The position numbers were made by a program, and so were the translations under genes. Of a stretch of 64,000 bases of DNA, positions 11,948 through 23,695 are shown piece after piece. This DNA comes from Caldisericia bacterium (GTDB lineage: Bacteria > Caldisericota > Caldisericia > UBA6126), in contig JAXGOZ010000005.1 in NCBI GenBank assembly GCA_040767255.1, positions 26,045-90,044 of the forward strand, given 5' to 3'. Each line of letters starts with the position of its first letter. Within the stretch, counting starts at the first letter, position 1. The notes under the pieces were generated by a model that searched no databases, was not told the origin of the DNA, and saw nothing but the letters and a program-made list of their open reading frames with translations.

Positions 11948-13214
11948 CTATGGAACAAAATCAATTCCATTTAGTAACACTCTTGTAACTTTATTGAGTC
12001 CAAATCGATATGGGAATTCCTCCAAGACTCAATTGAAAGTACGAGTAAGTCAGCTCTTTTGCCCGTCTCCAGGATACCTACTTTCTCCTGCAAACCACAA
12101 GCAAACGATGCATTTACGGTTGCTGCATTTATGGCTGCTGGTATAGTAAGACCCATTTGTAAAATGGCAATTTCTATCATCATTTGCATCGAGCTACACA
12201 TGCACGTACCTGGATTTAGATCAGTTCCCAGTGCAACAGGTATGTTAGCATCGATAAGACGATTTGCGTAATTGTAATCTTTTTGTCCATGTGATAATCC
12301 AAAGCAGGTTCCAGGTAAAACGACTGCTGTCCCCCCAGCTTCACAAAAAGCAGGAAACTCGGAGGGTTTTGAAACCATCATATGATCAACTGAAATTGCT
12401 TTTAATTCTGCAGCTACAGGTAATCCCCCTATTGATTTAAACTCATCGATATGGAGTTTTGGTTGCAAATCGTATTCTATTCCCTTTTTTAATATACGTT
12501 CGGCCTGATCAGCAGTAAAAACTCCGTCTTCGCAAAATACATCGATGTTTTCTGCTAATCGATTCTCACCTACATAAGGTGTAATTGTCGTATTGATGTA
12601 GTCTATATATCCTTCAACATCCCCTGTAAACTCTGGGGGAACTGCATGAGCTGCTAATAAAGTCCGAGATATACAGACTCCAACGCGCTTTGAAGCTTCT
12701 TTTGCAGATTGTAACATTTTAACTTCATCTTGAAGTGTAAGACCGTAACCACTTTTTTATCTCAAATGCAGTGGTTCCATAGACTAGACTATTCTTTCAT
12801 ACGAAACACGGTATTTTGAATAAGATCATCAAGACTCGTATTTCGAACTGCACGTACTGTTTCAAGTATTCCTCCACCTGCAGCAAGAATGGTTAAATAA
12901 TCTGCCCCCTGTAAGCGCAATGCAAACTCTTTTGCTCTCTGTCCAGCAAAGACAAGATGCGTATGTGGATCAACAAATCCTGGCATAACCACTTTTTGTT
13001 TTGCATCAATTTCTGGAAATTCAAAGTATTCTTTTGGACATGTATTCATTGGACCAAAATCGAGAATTTTACCATCTTGAATAGCAACATATGCTTGAGG
13101 AATACGCAGAATCTCATTTTGTAATTTTCCACGAACTGGCTTTCCGTGGTCGCTTTTAGGAACGATGAGTTCTGAAATATTCCAAATTCGTCGAGTCATC
13201 TTTTTTTCAAACAT
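11948..13214 (-). CDS. hutI: Imidazolonepropionase (split by frameshifts near 12780 and 12020)
   Basis: PGFVDPHTHLVFAGQRAKEF, GGGILETV, shifted GTTAFEIKSGYGL, IDVFCEDGVF, ALGTDLNPGT, shifted tail FPYRFGLNKV. Confidence 0.9.
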
Positions 13215-13219
13215 TTTTG

Positions 13220-14224
13220 CTAAATATTAAATCGGACATGCATAATATCACCATCTTGCAAAACATACTCTTTACCTTCAACAAAAAAACATCCATTCTC
13301 TTTACATTCTTTCATTGAAAAATTGTGTTTTTTAAAATCTTCATAATGAACGATCTCAGCTCGTATAAAGCCCTTTTTGATATCACTATGAATCTTTCCC
13401 GCAGCTTCCAGAGCGGGAGTATTTTTTTGTATCGTCCACGCTTTCACTTCATCCTCGCCAACAGTAAAAAACGTTTGTAGCCCAAGATGATCATACACGA
13501 CATGAATAAGGTGGTTGAATCCTGGTTCATCGATAGAGTATTCTTTCATCAGATCTTTTCGGTCGTTTTCAGGTAATGCACTTAATTCTTCTTCTAATGC
13601 AATACAAATCTTTGTGTATGGAATTGCACTGTAGGACTTCCTCCATGCTTCTTCAAAGGTAGCTTCTGCTTGAATATCGTCTTCTGCTATGTTAAAAACA
13701 ACAATTCTGGGAATCACAGAGTGCAACCCTAGATTTTTGACTACATCTGAATGGAGAATATCAGAGTCAGATATTTTCTGTTGATTCTCAATGAGTGGAA
13801 TGAGTTGTGCACATTCCTCCACTTCTTTTTTGGCTTTCGGATCTTTCTTGTGACGATCGATGAATTTTTCAAGTAGCTCTATATCCTTGACTCGAAAAAG
13901 CATATCAATATCTTCGTATTCTTTGATAACATTTACCTCATCGCCTGGATACTGTGCATATGCTTTAATAACAAAAACAAAAACATCGGAGGATCGCAAG
14001 TCTTCAAATGGAAAAACAGGTTCAAGTGATACAGAAAGAAATTGGAGTTGTGCATATGTAGTCTTTTTAGGATTGAATACCGAAGACATTGCTCCTACTC
14101 TTTGATCTGGAACATTGGCAGAACCAAGAAGCTTTCCCTTACTTTTGAACGTATTCCCTTCCGTTAAAATATCAAACAGTCCCTGTTTGCCACTAGTTTC
14201 ATTGCCTATAATAGTTGCTTTCAT
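13220..14224 (-). CDS. ychF: YchF/Ola1-family protein with degenerate G domain (TGS/DUF933 domain intact)
   Basis: [64 protein letters not shown]. Confidence 0.85.
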   Translation of the reverse strand: MKATIIGNETSGKQGLFDILTEGNTFKSKGKLLGSANVPDQRVGAMSSVFNPKKTTYAQLQFLSVSLEPVFPFEDLRSSDVFVFVIKAYAQYPGDEVNVIKEYEDIDMLFRVKDIELLEKFIDRHKKDPKAKKEVEECAQLIPLIENQQKISDSDILHSDVVKNLGLHSVIPRIVVFNIAEDDIQAEATFEEAWRKSYSAIPYTKICIALEEELSALPENDRKDLMKEYSIDEPGFNHLIHVVYDHLGLQTFFTVGEDEVKAWTIQKNTPALEAAGKIHSDIKKGFIRAEIVHYEDFKKHNFSMKECKENGCFFVEGKEYVLQDGDIMHVRFNI

Positions 14225-15081
14225 TTTAACAAATCTGCCACTTGTGAGGGTATTGAAGCGACTTTGACTCCAACTTTTTCAAATGCTTCTACTTTTCCCT
14301 GTGCGGTTCCCATTCCTTGCGATATAATTGCACCAGCATGCCCCATTCGTTTCTCTGGTGGAGCAGTAACTCCCGCAATAAAAGCAACTACTTTTTTTCG
14401 AATATTTTTCTGAATATAGTCAGCTGCCTTTTCTTCAGCATCTCCACCTATTTCCCCAATTAGGACAATGGATTCGGTTTGAGAGTCTTCATTGAACATG
14501 GAAAGAACATCAATGAAATCTGTTCCAATGATCGGATCTCCACCGATGCCGATACATGTGGATTCTCCAAAGCCTGCTGTTGTGAGACCATATACGATTT
14601 CATATGTAAGTGTTCCACTTCTTGAAACCACTCCAACGTTTCCTTGTTTAAAAATATGTCCAGGAAGTATTCCAACTTTACTTTTCCCGGGAGAAACAAC
14701 TCCAGGACAATTAGGACCAATAAGCCTTACATCTGGTTTCATAGCAAGGTAGGCTTGTGTCTTTAACATCTGGTTTACGGGTATTCCTTCGGTAATACAT
14801 ACAATTAGCTGAATGCCTGCATCAGCAGCTTCTATAATAGCATCTGATGCATATGCAGGAGGCACAAAAATGAGTGAAACATCTGCTTGCGTATCAGAAA
14901 CAGCATCTTGCATAGAGTCAAATATGGGAACTCCTAGAATGGTTTTTCCACCTTTTCCTGGAGTAACTCCGCCAACAACATTCGTTCCATATTGAATCAT
15001 TTGTTCTGCATGAAATGACCCATCTCTTCCAGTGATACCTTGCACAATTACTTTTGATTTTTCATTAATCAGAATACTCAC
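14221..15081 (-). CDS. sucD: Succinyl-CoA ligase alpha subunit
   Basis: [39 protein letters not shown] (phospho-His). Confidence 0.96.
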   Translation of the reverse strand: MSILINEKSKVIVQGITGRDGSFHAEQMIQYGTNVVGGVTPGKGGKTILGVPIFDSMQDAVSDTQADVSLIFVPPAYASDAIIEAADAGIQLIVCITEGIPVNQMLKTQAYLAMKPDVRLIGPNCPGVVSPGKSKVGILPGHIFKQGNVGVVSRSGTLTYEIVYGLTTAGFGESTCIGIGGDPIIGTDFIDVLSMFNEDSQTESIVLIGEIGGDAEEKAADYIQKNIRKKVVAFIAGVTAPPEKRMGHAGAIISQGMGTAQGKVEAFEKVGVKVASIPSQVADLLK

Positions 15082-15082
15082 G

Positions 15083-16231
15083 TTATTCCCCTTTCGCCAT
15101 TTTCACTACGTTTCGAACTGCTTCATCCATATCCGAAGTAACAGGAATCTGAATCTCTCTCATGATATTTCTGGCTATTTCATCGTTGGTACCAATGATT
15201 CTACAAGAGATTGGAAGGTTAAAATCAACCTTTTCAAGTCCTTGTCGGAAACCTTGAGCAATATCGTCACATCGGGTTATGCCACCAAAAATATTGATTA
15301 AGACAGCTTTTACTCTTGGGTTAGAGGCTATAATCTTTAAAGCATTGACAACTTTTTCGGGATTGGAACTTCCTCCAATATCAAGAAAATTGGCTGGATT
15401 CCCGCCAAAATGCTTGATTGTATCCATGGTTGCCATTGCTAAACCAGCGCCGTTTACCATACAAGCAATAGAACCGTCCAGAGATATATATGTCAAATTG
15501 GCTTCTCGAGCCATTTTTTCTTGTTCTGTTTCTTCTGCATTGGAAAGAATGTATTTTTGGAATTCAGGATGAAAATCCAATCCGTTGTCATCAAGAAGTA
15601 TTTTTGCATCAAGAGCCATACATTCTTTTTCATGAATAATGAGAGGATTGATTTCAACTAGGGTAGCATCTTTCTTAAAATAAACGTCAACAAGTTTTGT
15701 GAGAAAAGCTTTAAACTCATGATATGTCGGAATGTTTTGTTGGTTGTGAAACATTTTTTTGTAGATTTTTGTCAAACTATAATCTTTGAAACCTACGATA
15801 AAATCGTATTCTTCCTGAAAAATCTTCTCTGGTTGATTTTTGCTAATGTCTTCAATGTCTACTCCACCAGCAGGTGACATGATGATCATGGGTTTCTTTG
15901 ATGCACGGTGAAGCACTACGCTCAGGTAATACTCGTTTTGAAACGATATTGCTTCGGAAACAAGAATTTTATCAACGAGACAACCCTTAATATCCATACC
16001 CAAAATCTGTGAAGCAAGTTGATGAACTTCTTGAGAGTTATTTGCAACTTTCACTCCCCCTGCTTTACCTCTTCCTCCTACAGGTACTTGTGCTTTGATC
16101 ACACAGGGATATCCAACAGACTCATTGGCTACTTTTACTGCCTCTTGAGAGGTAGTCACCATCGATTCTCTTGGTATTCGTATACCAGCATCTCGAAAAA
16201 CTTCTTTTGCTTGATATTCTAATAATTTCAC
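15083..16231 (-). CDS. sucC: Succinyl-CoA ligase beta subunit
   Basis: [50 protein letters not shown]. Confidence 0.96.
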   Translation of the reverse strand: MKLLEYQAKEVFRDAGIRIPRESMVTTSQEAVKVANESVGYPCVIKAQVPVGGRGKAGGVKVANNSQEVHQLASQILGMDIKGCLVDKILVSEAISFQNEYYLSVVLHRASKKPMIIMSPAGGVDIEDISKNQPEKIFQEEYDFIVGFKDYSLTKIYKKMFHNQQNIPTYHEFKAFLTKLVDVYFKKDATLVEINPLIIHEKECMALDAKILLDDNGLDFHPEFQKYILSNAEETEQEKMAREANLTYISLDGSIACMVNGAGLAMATMDTIKHFGGNPANFLDIGGSSNPEKVVNALKIIASNPRVKAVLINIFGGITRCDDIAQGFRQGLEKVDFNLPISCRIIGTNDEIARNIMREIQIPVTSDMDEAVRNVVKMAKGE

Positions 16232-16240
16232 ATCATCCTC

Positions 16241-17890
16241 CTAGAACAAAATTTCAGATAAATTGTCGTTTTTTCGGATTGTGATACGTTTAATACTCCA
16301 ACCAGAAGGCAGTGGAAGAGTGTTTACTCCTCCCCCAGAATTGAACGTACCTTTGTACCCTTGATTCCGAACAATTTTATTTAAATCATTGTTACCATAA
16401 CCAAAGGGAATAGCTAAAAAATGCACTTTCTTCTGAATCTTCTCCTCTATGATTTGTTTGGACAATAGAAGATCCTCCGAAACTCTTTTTTCGTATTGAG
16501 TAACAGACTCAACAGTTCCATCTGGTAAAGGCATTCTACTGATTAAAGCAGCATGTCTACCTTCTGTGTCATCCACAAAATAGTGGGAATTCAGTGTATG
16601 GGATTCAATACTAAAAACTCTACTAGACTGCATTTCCATGCATTCATCCCAAGAAACATAATGTTCGGTTGTGCCGACTCGACTTACAAGCAGAAAGAAG
16701 AATCCTGACAAACCCAATTCTTTCAAAACTGGATATGCATGTGTATACACACCTTTTAAGCCATCATCAAATGTTATTAATACGGGTTTTGGAGGTAAAT
16801 CGGCTCGACCTTCAATGTGGCTCAAGTAAAGGGTTGGGGAAACAAACTGAAATCCATTTTCAAGAAGATATTCCATATCAGCTTTGAACTGATCGGGTGA
16901 TCTGGAAAACACATTTCCGTCTTTGCAAATATCATGATAGTTCAAAACAACCAATCCTTTAGAATAATACTGAATGGCCACTTGCTGAGAAGGAAAAACA
17001 CACATTGGTTTTGAATCCTTCTTTGCATGAACAGAAAAAGTATTCAGACCATCCTTCAAAAGAATGGGTTGAGAAATCCAGTCCCCTTGATGATCAGTTT
17101 TTAACTCTTCGATAAGCTCTTGGTTATTGGGTGATTTTCGATATAAATACAAAGCACTGCCCGGACTAAAGATTCCTTTTAATATGATAGAATTTGTGAG
17201 AACAGATAGTCCAGTAGAGGGATAGGTAAAGAAGGGTTCTGAATTACAAATCATGAAGTTTACATCACTCTGAACAATGGATCCTTTGGAATCTTTGCAG
17301 ATAATTTTGATAACATGAGAACCTTCAGTCATTGTATAAGGAACAAAAAAACGAGTCATCCACTTTTGTTCTTTGGATGAATACTGCATGGCGATTTGAA
17401 TTCGATCATCAATAAGTGCGTCTACATGTTCCAACTCACTGGTAGTATCAAGAAATATGGTAAGGGATGTTCCACTTCGTACTAACTTTGACGATACTCC
17501 AGCTTGTAAAGAAGGTTGTGTGTTGTCTATCACCACTGATGTGACAGGAGAGTCTAGTATTGCCTTTGAGTCATTTTGGACAACATACAAATAGTGACTA
17601 CCATTAGGAAGACTTTTTGTGTTTAGGTTAATGCGATAAAAATGATCTGAATAGGATAAAGAGTAGTTATTGGTCTGTCCTTTTTTGTCAATCACCTTCA
17701 GGGATAAAGATAAAGTATCACTACTTGCTTTCACAACAACAGGGATGAAACCGGAAATTACTTCACCGGGAGAAGGTTCTATGATTTGAAGATCATTTGA
17801 GGCAATAGACGGATTAATAGGAATAAACAAACCAATAGAGAAAAACACAACAACTACAGATATAGCTATTTTAAATCTATCAAACAGCAT
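16241..17890 (-). CDS. Secreted polysaccharide deacetylase (NodB/CE4) with N-terminal Ig-like domains
   Basis: Signal peptide; VLNYHDI, LITFDDG, ESHTLNSH, AIPFG. Confidence 0.85.
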   Translation of the reverse strand: MLFDRFKIAISVVVVFFSIGLFIPINPSIASNDLQIIEPSPGEVISGFIPVVVKASSDTLSLSLKVIDKKGQTNNYSLSYSDHFYRINLNTKSLPNGSHYLYVVQNDSKAILDSPVTSVVIDNTQPSLQAGVSSKLVRSGTSLTIFLDTTSELEHVDALIDDRIQIAMQYSSKEQKWMTRFFVPYTMTEGSHVIKIICKDSKGSIVQSDVNFMICNSEPFFTYPSTGLSVLTNSIILKGIFSPGSALYLYRKSPNNQELIEELKTDHQGDWISQPILLKDGLNTFSVHAKKDSKPMCVFPSQQVAIQYYSKGLVVLNYHDICKDGNVFSRSPDQFKADMEYLLENGFQFVSPTLYLSHIEGRADLPPKPVLITFDDGLKGVYTHAYPVLKELGLSGFFFLLVSRVGTTEHYVSWDECMEMQSSRVFSIESHTLNSHYFVDDTEGRHAALISRMPLPDGTVESVTQYEKRVSEDLLLSKQIIEEKIQKKVHFLAIPFGYGNNDLNKIVRNQGYKGTFNSGGGVNTLPLPSGWSIKRITIRKNDNLSEILF

Positions 17891-17989
17891 GATGAAACTA
17901 TATTTTCACACTTTCCAAAGTCAAGTCTTCGATGAGAAATGATCTACTATCTTCTTGACAAAAATATGATTTCTACTAACTTTGTCCTT

Positions 17990-19153
17990 ATGGTAAAATT
18001 TACAACGATTGACGAACACGAATTGACGGCTTTGCACAAGTTTCCCTCTAACAAAATCATTATCCACTTAAACCATTTAAAAAAAAATTTTCAATGCATT
18101 CAAAAAACAAAATCCAAAAATACCCAGATCATTGGAATGATAAAATCCAACGCCTATGGTCACGGCATTGTACCCGTATCGTCATTGCTTTCCAACTTAC
18201 AAATTGATTCTTTTGGTGTTTTTACGATCGAAGAAGGAATTCTGCTTCGAGAGCACAATATTCAAACTCCAACCCTCATCTTTGGTTCATTGTTAGAACC
18301 GCATATGAAGGCTTTGCATCAATTCCACTTAACACCTGTTATTGGTTCTTTTAAAGAATTACAGGTCTTTTTAGAAGATACAACCCTAGACTCTTTGTCT
18401 TACCACTTAAAAGTTGATACAGGCATGGGTAGGATTGGTTTTCTTCAATCTGAGCTAACAGAAGTTTTTCGGTATATCCATGACAAAGCAGCCAAAGATA
18501 GACTAAAAGGAATCTGTACGCATTATGCTGATGCAAGTGATCTTTCATCTGATTATACCCAGTGGCAAAGCCAGAATTTCGAAAATGTTCGGAAAGAAAT
18601 TCACAGTTTTATTCCAGAAGAACCCATGTTACATACATGCAACAGTGCTGCATTTCTTCGATATCCACAATACCAGTACAATGCAATTCGACCAGGACTT
18701 TTACTGTATGGCATTAGTCCCTTTCCAAAGGATCAATCAAATTGGAATCCTGTTCTTTCTGTTCTATCCTATATCAGTGTCATCCGAACCCTTCCAAAAG
18801 ATTCATACATTAGCTACAACCGTACCTATAAAACAGAGCGTCCTACAAAGATAGCCATTATCCCCATTGGATATGCAGATGGGATTCCTCTGTCCTTGTC
18901 CAATCGTGGTTGGGTGTTATACAAAGGAAACAAGTACCCAATTGTTGGAAATGTTTGCATGAACCAGTTTGCTATTGATATTACATCCTGCGAAGATGCA
19001 AATATAGGTGACCAAGTTACCATTATTGGCAAAGAAAAGAATGTAGAAATTACTGCCCAAGATGTTGCTAGCTGGGCAAATACTATACCCTACGAAATCA
19101 TGTGCAACCTGTCTACTGCAATCCCAAGGTTAGTTGTTCAAGAATCAGACTAG
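17990..19153 (+). CDS. alr: Alanine racemase
   Basis: IKSNAYGHG, HLKVDTGMGRIG, HTCNSAA, RPGLLLYG, IGYADG, TIPYEI; start approximate. Confidence 0.95.
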   Translation: MVKFTTIDEHELTALHKFPSNKIIIHLNHLKKNFQCIQKTKSKNTQIIGMIKSNAYGHGIVPVSSLLSNLQIDSFGVFTIEEGILLREHNIQTPTLIFGSLLEPHMKALHQFHLTPVIGSFKELQVFLEDTTLDSLSYHLKVDTGMGRIGFLQSELTEVFRYIHDKAAKDRLKGICTHYADASDLSSDYTQWQSQNFENVRKEIHSFIPEEPMLHTCNSAAFLRYPQYQYNAIRPGLLLYGISPFPKDQSNWNPVLSVLSYISVIRTLPKDSYISYNRTYKTERPTKIAIIPIGYADGIPLSLSNRGWVLYKGNKYPIVGNVCMNQFAIDITSCEDANIGDQVTIIGKEKNVEITAQDVASWANTIPYEIMCNLSTAIPRLVVQESD

Positions 19154-20785
19154 GGATTTACTTTTAAGATAACTGCTGGATAGGTAGAGGTATTCCCTCT
19201 CATATTTTTTGATTCCACCAAAACATGGTTTATCCCCTCTTTTAAAGAAACCGAGACGACAAATCGACCATCATTTTGAACTGGAATCTCTTCCTCAAAA
19301 TAAAACATCTTGTACCCGTCAGTTCTCCCTGATATTTGTATTGAATCCTGCCCCGTAATGAGAGGATAGGGATCCAATCGAATACTTGGGTACTTATCAC
19401 TCAAGCGATATGCTTCTACTCTGACGATATGAGTCCCTGTCAAGGATTGAATTTCGATGATACCTGTGTTCTTTCCATTTGCCATAAAGAGAGGGTCTAG
19501 TTGAATATAGATATAGCTTTCTGAAGAGTGAATCTCAGTTGGATTACATTGTATCCATCTTGCCTGGGAGTATACCTTCAATCGTACATCATTGCCATGA
19601 GTTTCTTCAACATACAAGTACGAAGAAGGTTCATCTAGGACAGTTACGTTGTCAAATGTAAGAAGCGATGTGGAATAATATAGATTAATATCGGGCTGAG
19701 TAGAAGTTTTGAAGGGAACATAAAAATCACGATAAAGGTTTTGTTGGTTAACAGATTTAAATGAATCCTCTCCACCCTTCACTACAAGAACATAGCCTGT
19801 GTTAGGCTTAAGAAGACGGCGGGGTGATATGGTCAATGATTTTAAAGTAGCATTATAAGACCATTCAGATTCGATGATTTCACCCTCCTGATCAATAAAG
19901 AAAAATTGATCAGATTGAAGAGTTTTGATGATGATTCCATCGTGGAATTGTATCTCAAACTGATGATCGCGAGGAACGCTTTGTTCGAAAACTTTTGGGG
20001 TTGAATCAGCAATCATATGTGAATAAAGGGAACAAAACTGTGAGTTATAAATCTCTTTGGTTGTTAAATTCTGAAAAATACAAAGGGTGCTATAAAACTT
20101 CGAGTCTACAGATTCACTCATCGGTAAGGAAAATTGAAGATGATAGATTTTTTTTGGCTGGAGAATCATATGGAAGCCATCAAAAGAAGGGAAAACACTC
20201 TCTGCAACATAATCATGGACAGAATCATCTATTGTGATTCCACTCACCATGGTCAATCATAAAATCTCCCTCAATTTGACGGTGAGGAGAATGCAAAAAT
20301 ACATCAAAAAAGATTTCCTGATCTCGAACGGTGATGTTGGAATGCATTGCTAAATCAGGGGATTCACTTAGCTCATTTTCAATAACCTTAGAAAACTTTT
20401 CTAGCCAATCGTCTGAAACACCGGTTTGTTTAGTGTTGCCGTTTGCTATAACTGTAGGATATCCGCTGACGCCATAAAAATAGATTCGATCTTTTATCGT
20501 ATCCATAGAAATCTCATCTTGACAGTGGTATCGAATGTTGGTGACTGTTTTTTCGCCATATACGTCGCGCAAAGCTTCAAACAAATCGTATGCCTTATAG
20601 CACCAACCACACCATGTAGCAGTAAAAATTTCAAAGGTAACATTTTTGTCGAATACAATCCAATTTGGATATTCTTCCATGGAATACTCGTGGACAACAT
20701 CTGCACTTTGAGCACTGCTAGAGTAAAATCCTAGGGAACAACAAAAAACAAAAATTAGAATTGGAATAAATATTCGTTTTTTCAT
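19150..20785 (-). CDS. Secreted Omp28-like thioredoxin plus Ig-like (SbsA/BACON-type) domains; one frameshift near 20250
   Basis: Signal peptide, EIFTATWCGWC, RYHCQD, YGVSGYPTVIANG. Continues in ORF 19150..20256 with LTISPRRLLKPNTGYVLVV and SLKEGINHVLVE. Confidence 0.72.
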
Positions 20786-20824
20786 AGTACTTTTTACCTC
20801 TCTGTATAATAGTATAATACACCC

Positions 20825-22453
20825 ATGGAAAAAAAATTACAATCTCAAAAAATTTTTAGTGTTCAGCGTATATTTCATTGTTTCGTCCTTTTTCTTTTCC
20901 TTTGCTCTGTATTGCATAACGCTGGGTGTTCATCCAGACATAACAAACAAACATTTTTCTCCGCTGAGGAGGTTACTTCAGAATTTGTTTTTTATGCTGA
21001 CCCAAACGGACATGGTATTCGGTTATTTATGCTAACAACCGGAAACGTCCAAGCGTTGACAAATGGAAATGATGATTTTCCTTACTATTCCAAACAGCAA
21101 CACCGTTTATTCTTTGTACGATCTATCGAACAATACAGCTCCGTACCTGAAAAAACAAACCTAACCTACAACATTTGCTCCATGCAAATGGATACAGGTA
21201 AAGTGGAAACTATGTCAAATTTAACCATTTATTCACCAAGAAAAGACAGAAAAGACCAGTTGTTCTTCGTTGAAGATGGTAGAAAAATTGTCATTTGTCC
21301 CATTCATGATAGTCCCTTTGTTGTTCGGACTGATACAGCACAGAAAATTCCAGAAGAAAATGCTCAAGCCTATTACCAAACTATTAATCAATACGACTCA
21401 GAGCAACAACGAATATTTGGATTTGCCCATACAGATCCCTACCAGCCCTATTTTCAAAAACTGGACGTAGTGGAAGATATCCAACCCCAAAAAACCTTAA
21501 TCAGGTGTAAAGAAGGCACTACTGTTCAAACCATTCAATCACTCAAAGGACCTGATAGTTACGATCATTGGTTTTTTGGGTATTCCTGGTCTTCTGCTGG
21601 CAAAGTATTGTTTTTTAGTCAAAACTATAGTTTACATATGTGGAACGGCACCCAAACAAGTATCATTGCTGAAGGCATCCATCCATTTACCATTCAAGAG
21701 GAAATATGCAATCAAGAAATATGCACCTTTCCTTTTTTCAAACTCTATTCGTGGATTCAACTAGAGAATGAATCAGACTATATGTTTTCTGAAAATAATT
21801 ATCTCTCCATTTACCGAGATGGTAATTTTCATATCCTTCAAAACCACGAATTTTTGGGGGGGAAAACAATCGAAAAAGATCCCTATTATCTCTTTGACCA
21901 CCTTGTTTACCTGAATACATTGAAAAATCCAGAGAACGTCTATATATTGGCTTCTTCAAAAAAGAATTCCCCTGTTTCACCGGATACCATTGCAAAAGGA
22001 AATGACCAGCCTGATCTTATCAAGATTTTCAACCTTCATGGTACCGAGATTGATGGAACGTTTGATCACACAATATTTTCTGCAAGTGGATATTGGGATC
22101 TCTCTATGCAGATGGAGTACTTAGCCTCCCCCGCGGGACAATATCCTGAAATTGTGCTTCGTTATTCTGCCTCCAATTTTGAAGGCACTGAAAGAATGCA
22201 AGCAGCGGGAAGAGCTATCCAGTGGATTGATGTTTACACATTTGATTCTAAAGAAAACGAATATGTACTAGCAAACCATATGTATCCTGAAATCTTTGAG
22301 AAGCTACTTCAGCAGCTTGAATCTATCTATGAGTTTGCGATCCAATCAAAAAGATCCTACAATCCTGTTATGTGCGATGAAGATATGAAAATTCTCGAGA
22401 AAAAGATCAAAGAAGCTCGTAATCTTTCTCTATCCACTCAGGGTAAGAATTAG
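20825..22453 (+). CDS. Putative lipoprotein with TolB-like beta-propeller segment
   Basis: 542-aa ORF; hydrophobic N-terminus ending NAGC; ALTNGNDDFPYYS propeller-like blade. Confidence 0.6.
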   Translation: MEKKLQSQKIFSVQRIFHCFVLFLFLCSVLHNAGCSSRHNKQTFFSAEEVTSEFVFYADPNGHGIRLFMLTTGNVQALTNGNDDFPYYSKQQHRLFFVRSIEQYSSVPEKTNLTYNICSMQMDTGKVETMSNLTIYSPRKDRKDQLFFVEDGRKIVICPIHDSPFVVRTDTAQKIPEENAQAYYQTINQYDSEQQRIFGFAHTDPYQPYFQKLDVVEDIQPQKTLIRCKEGTTVQTIQSLKGPDSYDHWFFGYSWSSAGKVLFFSQNYSLHMWNGTQTSIIAEGIHPFTIQEEICNQEICTFPFFKLYSWIQLENESDYMFSENNYLSIYRDGNFHILQNHEFLGGKTIEKDPYYLFDHLVYLNTLKNPENVYILASSKKNSPVSPDTIAKGNDQPDLIKIFNLHGTEIDGTFDHTIFSASGYWDLSMQMEYLASPAGQYPEIVLRYSASNFEGTERMQAAGRAIQWIDVYTFDSKENEYVLANHMYPEIFEKLLQQLESIYEFAIQSKRSYNPVMCDEDMKILEKKIKEARNLSLSTQGKN

Positions 22454-22456
22454 TTT

Positions 22457-23695
22457 CTAGGGTTTCATCGACCTCATTTGGTTCTGAATTGCATTCATTC
22501 GCTTTTTCACAACTTCTTGAGCTTTTTTCAACATTTCGCTTTTATCAGGGCAAGGTGTTTCCATAAAGGGACCCTTTTGAACTGATTTCTCAAAATTCCA
22601 AAAAGTATCTTTGTTTTCCCCAATTTCTTGCTGATTTGGTGGGAATGCATCAATAGCATGTTCTGTCCCCTCTTCAGAAGAAAGAATGGAGTAGTTGATA
22701 ATCTGATAATTACCCTTTCGATCGATAAACGATATGATTTTGATTAAACAGCCTACTGAAACATTTGTATCCATCATCAATACATGAGAAAAGTGATGTG
22801 GAATATGCAATACAATACGCCTACCATCTTTAGAACCTAGTACCAATGTGTCGTCACTTAGTGAAATCAAATACCCGGTAAAAGAGATGGGTCGATCAGG
22901 TCGCAATGGTTTGATCTCAAGAAAAAGCAGTTCGTAGCGATATTCGGAATAATTGTACATAATCTTTGCTGCAATAGGACTGCCGATCTGGATTTTCTCA
23001 AACAATGATAAATCTCCAACAACAAAAATTGGATAAGGGAATTGCTCAACAAAAATACTATGATTATCAAAATCAATTTGGCGAATTCGTCCTTGCAATG
23101 CAAAACCTTCTCTCGGTATTGATCGATAGGAAGCTTGAAAGTCTCGCAAGAATTGAATGCATTGTTGGGGTGTAATCTTTGTGTGACGGGCTATAACTCC
23201 CCATTCCAAACGGTTTTTTCTCATTCGTATCAAATCGTTTACAGGGATGTTTGCTTCTTTAGAAACCAAAAGCAGAAATACAGCATCGAAAGGCTGAACG
23301 TTGTATATGTAACGAGTTTCGAGAAACTCCACTGGATCAATCCCATACTTTTGCTCAAGTAACGAAGAAAGCATATATGGTGCAATCGTTTGATCATGAA
23401 CCATAGTGTTGGATTGGTTTTTAAAGTCGTGGAGACTACGGTTCAGTTTGTAACTATTGTATACATCAATTAACGATCCTTTTTCACTACCAAATACAGG
23501 AAAAAGGGAAGTTACAGAAATAACTAGAGCGAGTGCAATAGGCACTGCTATTCGACGACTTAATGAAAAAGTTCTTTTTTTCTTTTTTTGAGATTCCACA
23601 TTCCTCATGACAGAAAGGAACATTGTATCATCAATTGAATGAGTAGGTGTAATAGATTCTAAGAATTCTTGGATGACCTTTTTATCTTGATCCAT
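22457..23695 (-). CDS. Putative membrane-anchored anti-sigma factor
   Basis: Overlaps the ECF sigma stop by 1 nt; short cytoplasmic N-terminus, single TM (IAVPIALALVISV), large external part with RMRKNRLEWGVIA. Confidence 0.62.
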   Translation of the reverse strand: MDQDKKVIQEFLESITPTHSIDDTMFLSVMRNVESQKKKKRTFSLSRRIAVPIALALVISVTSLFPVFGSEKGSLIDVYNSYKLNRSLHDFKNQSNTMVHDQTIAPYMLSSLLEQKYGIDPVEFLETRYIYNVQPFDAVFLLLVSKEANIPVNDLIRMRKNRLEWGVIARHTKITPQQCIQFLRDFQASYRSIPREGFALQGRIRQIDFDNHSIFVEQFPYPIFVVGDLSLFEKIQIGSPIAAKIMYNYSEYRYELLFLEIKPLRPDRPISFTGYLISLSDDTLVLGSKDGRRIVLHIPHHFSHVLMMDTNVSVGCLIKIISFIDRKGNYQIINYSILSSEEGTEHAIDAFPPNQQEIGENKDTFWNFEKSVQKGPFMETPCPDKSEMLKKAQEVVKKRMNAIQNQMRSMKP

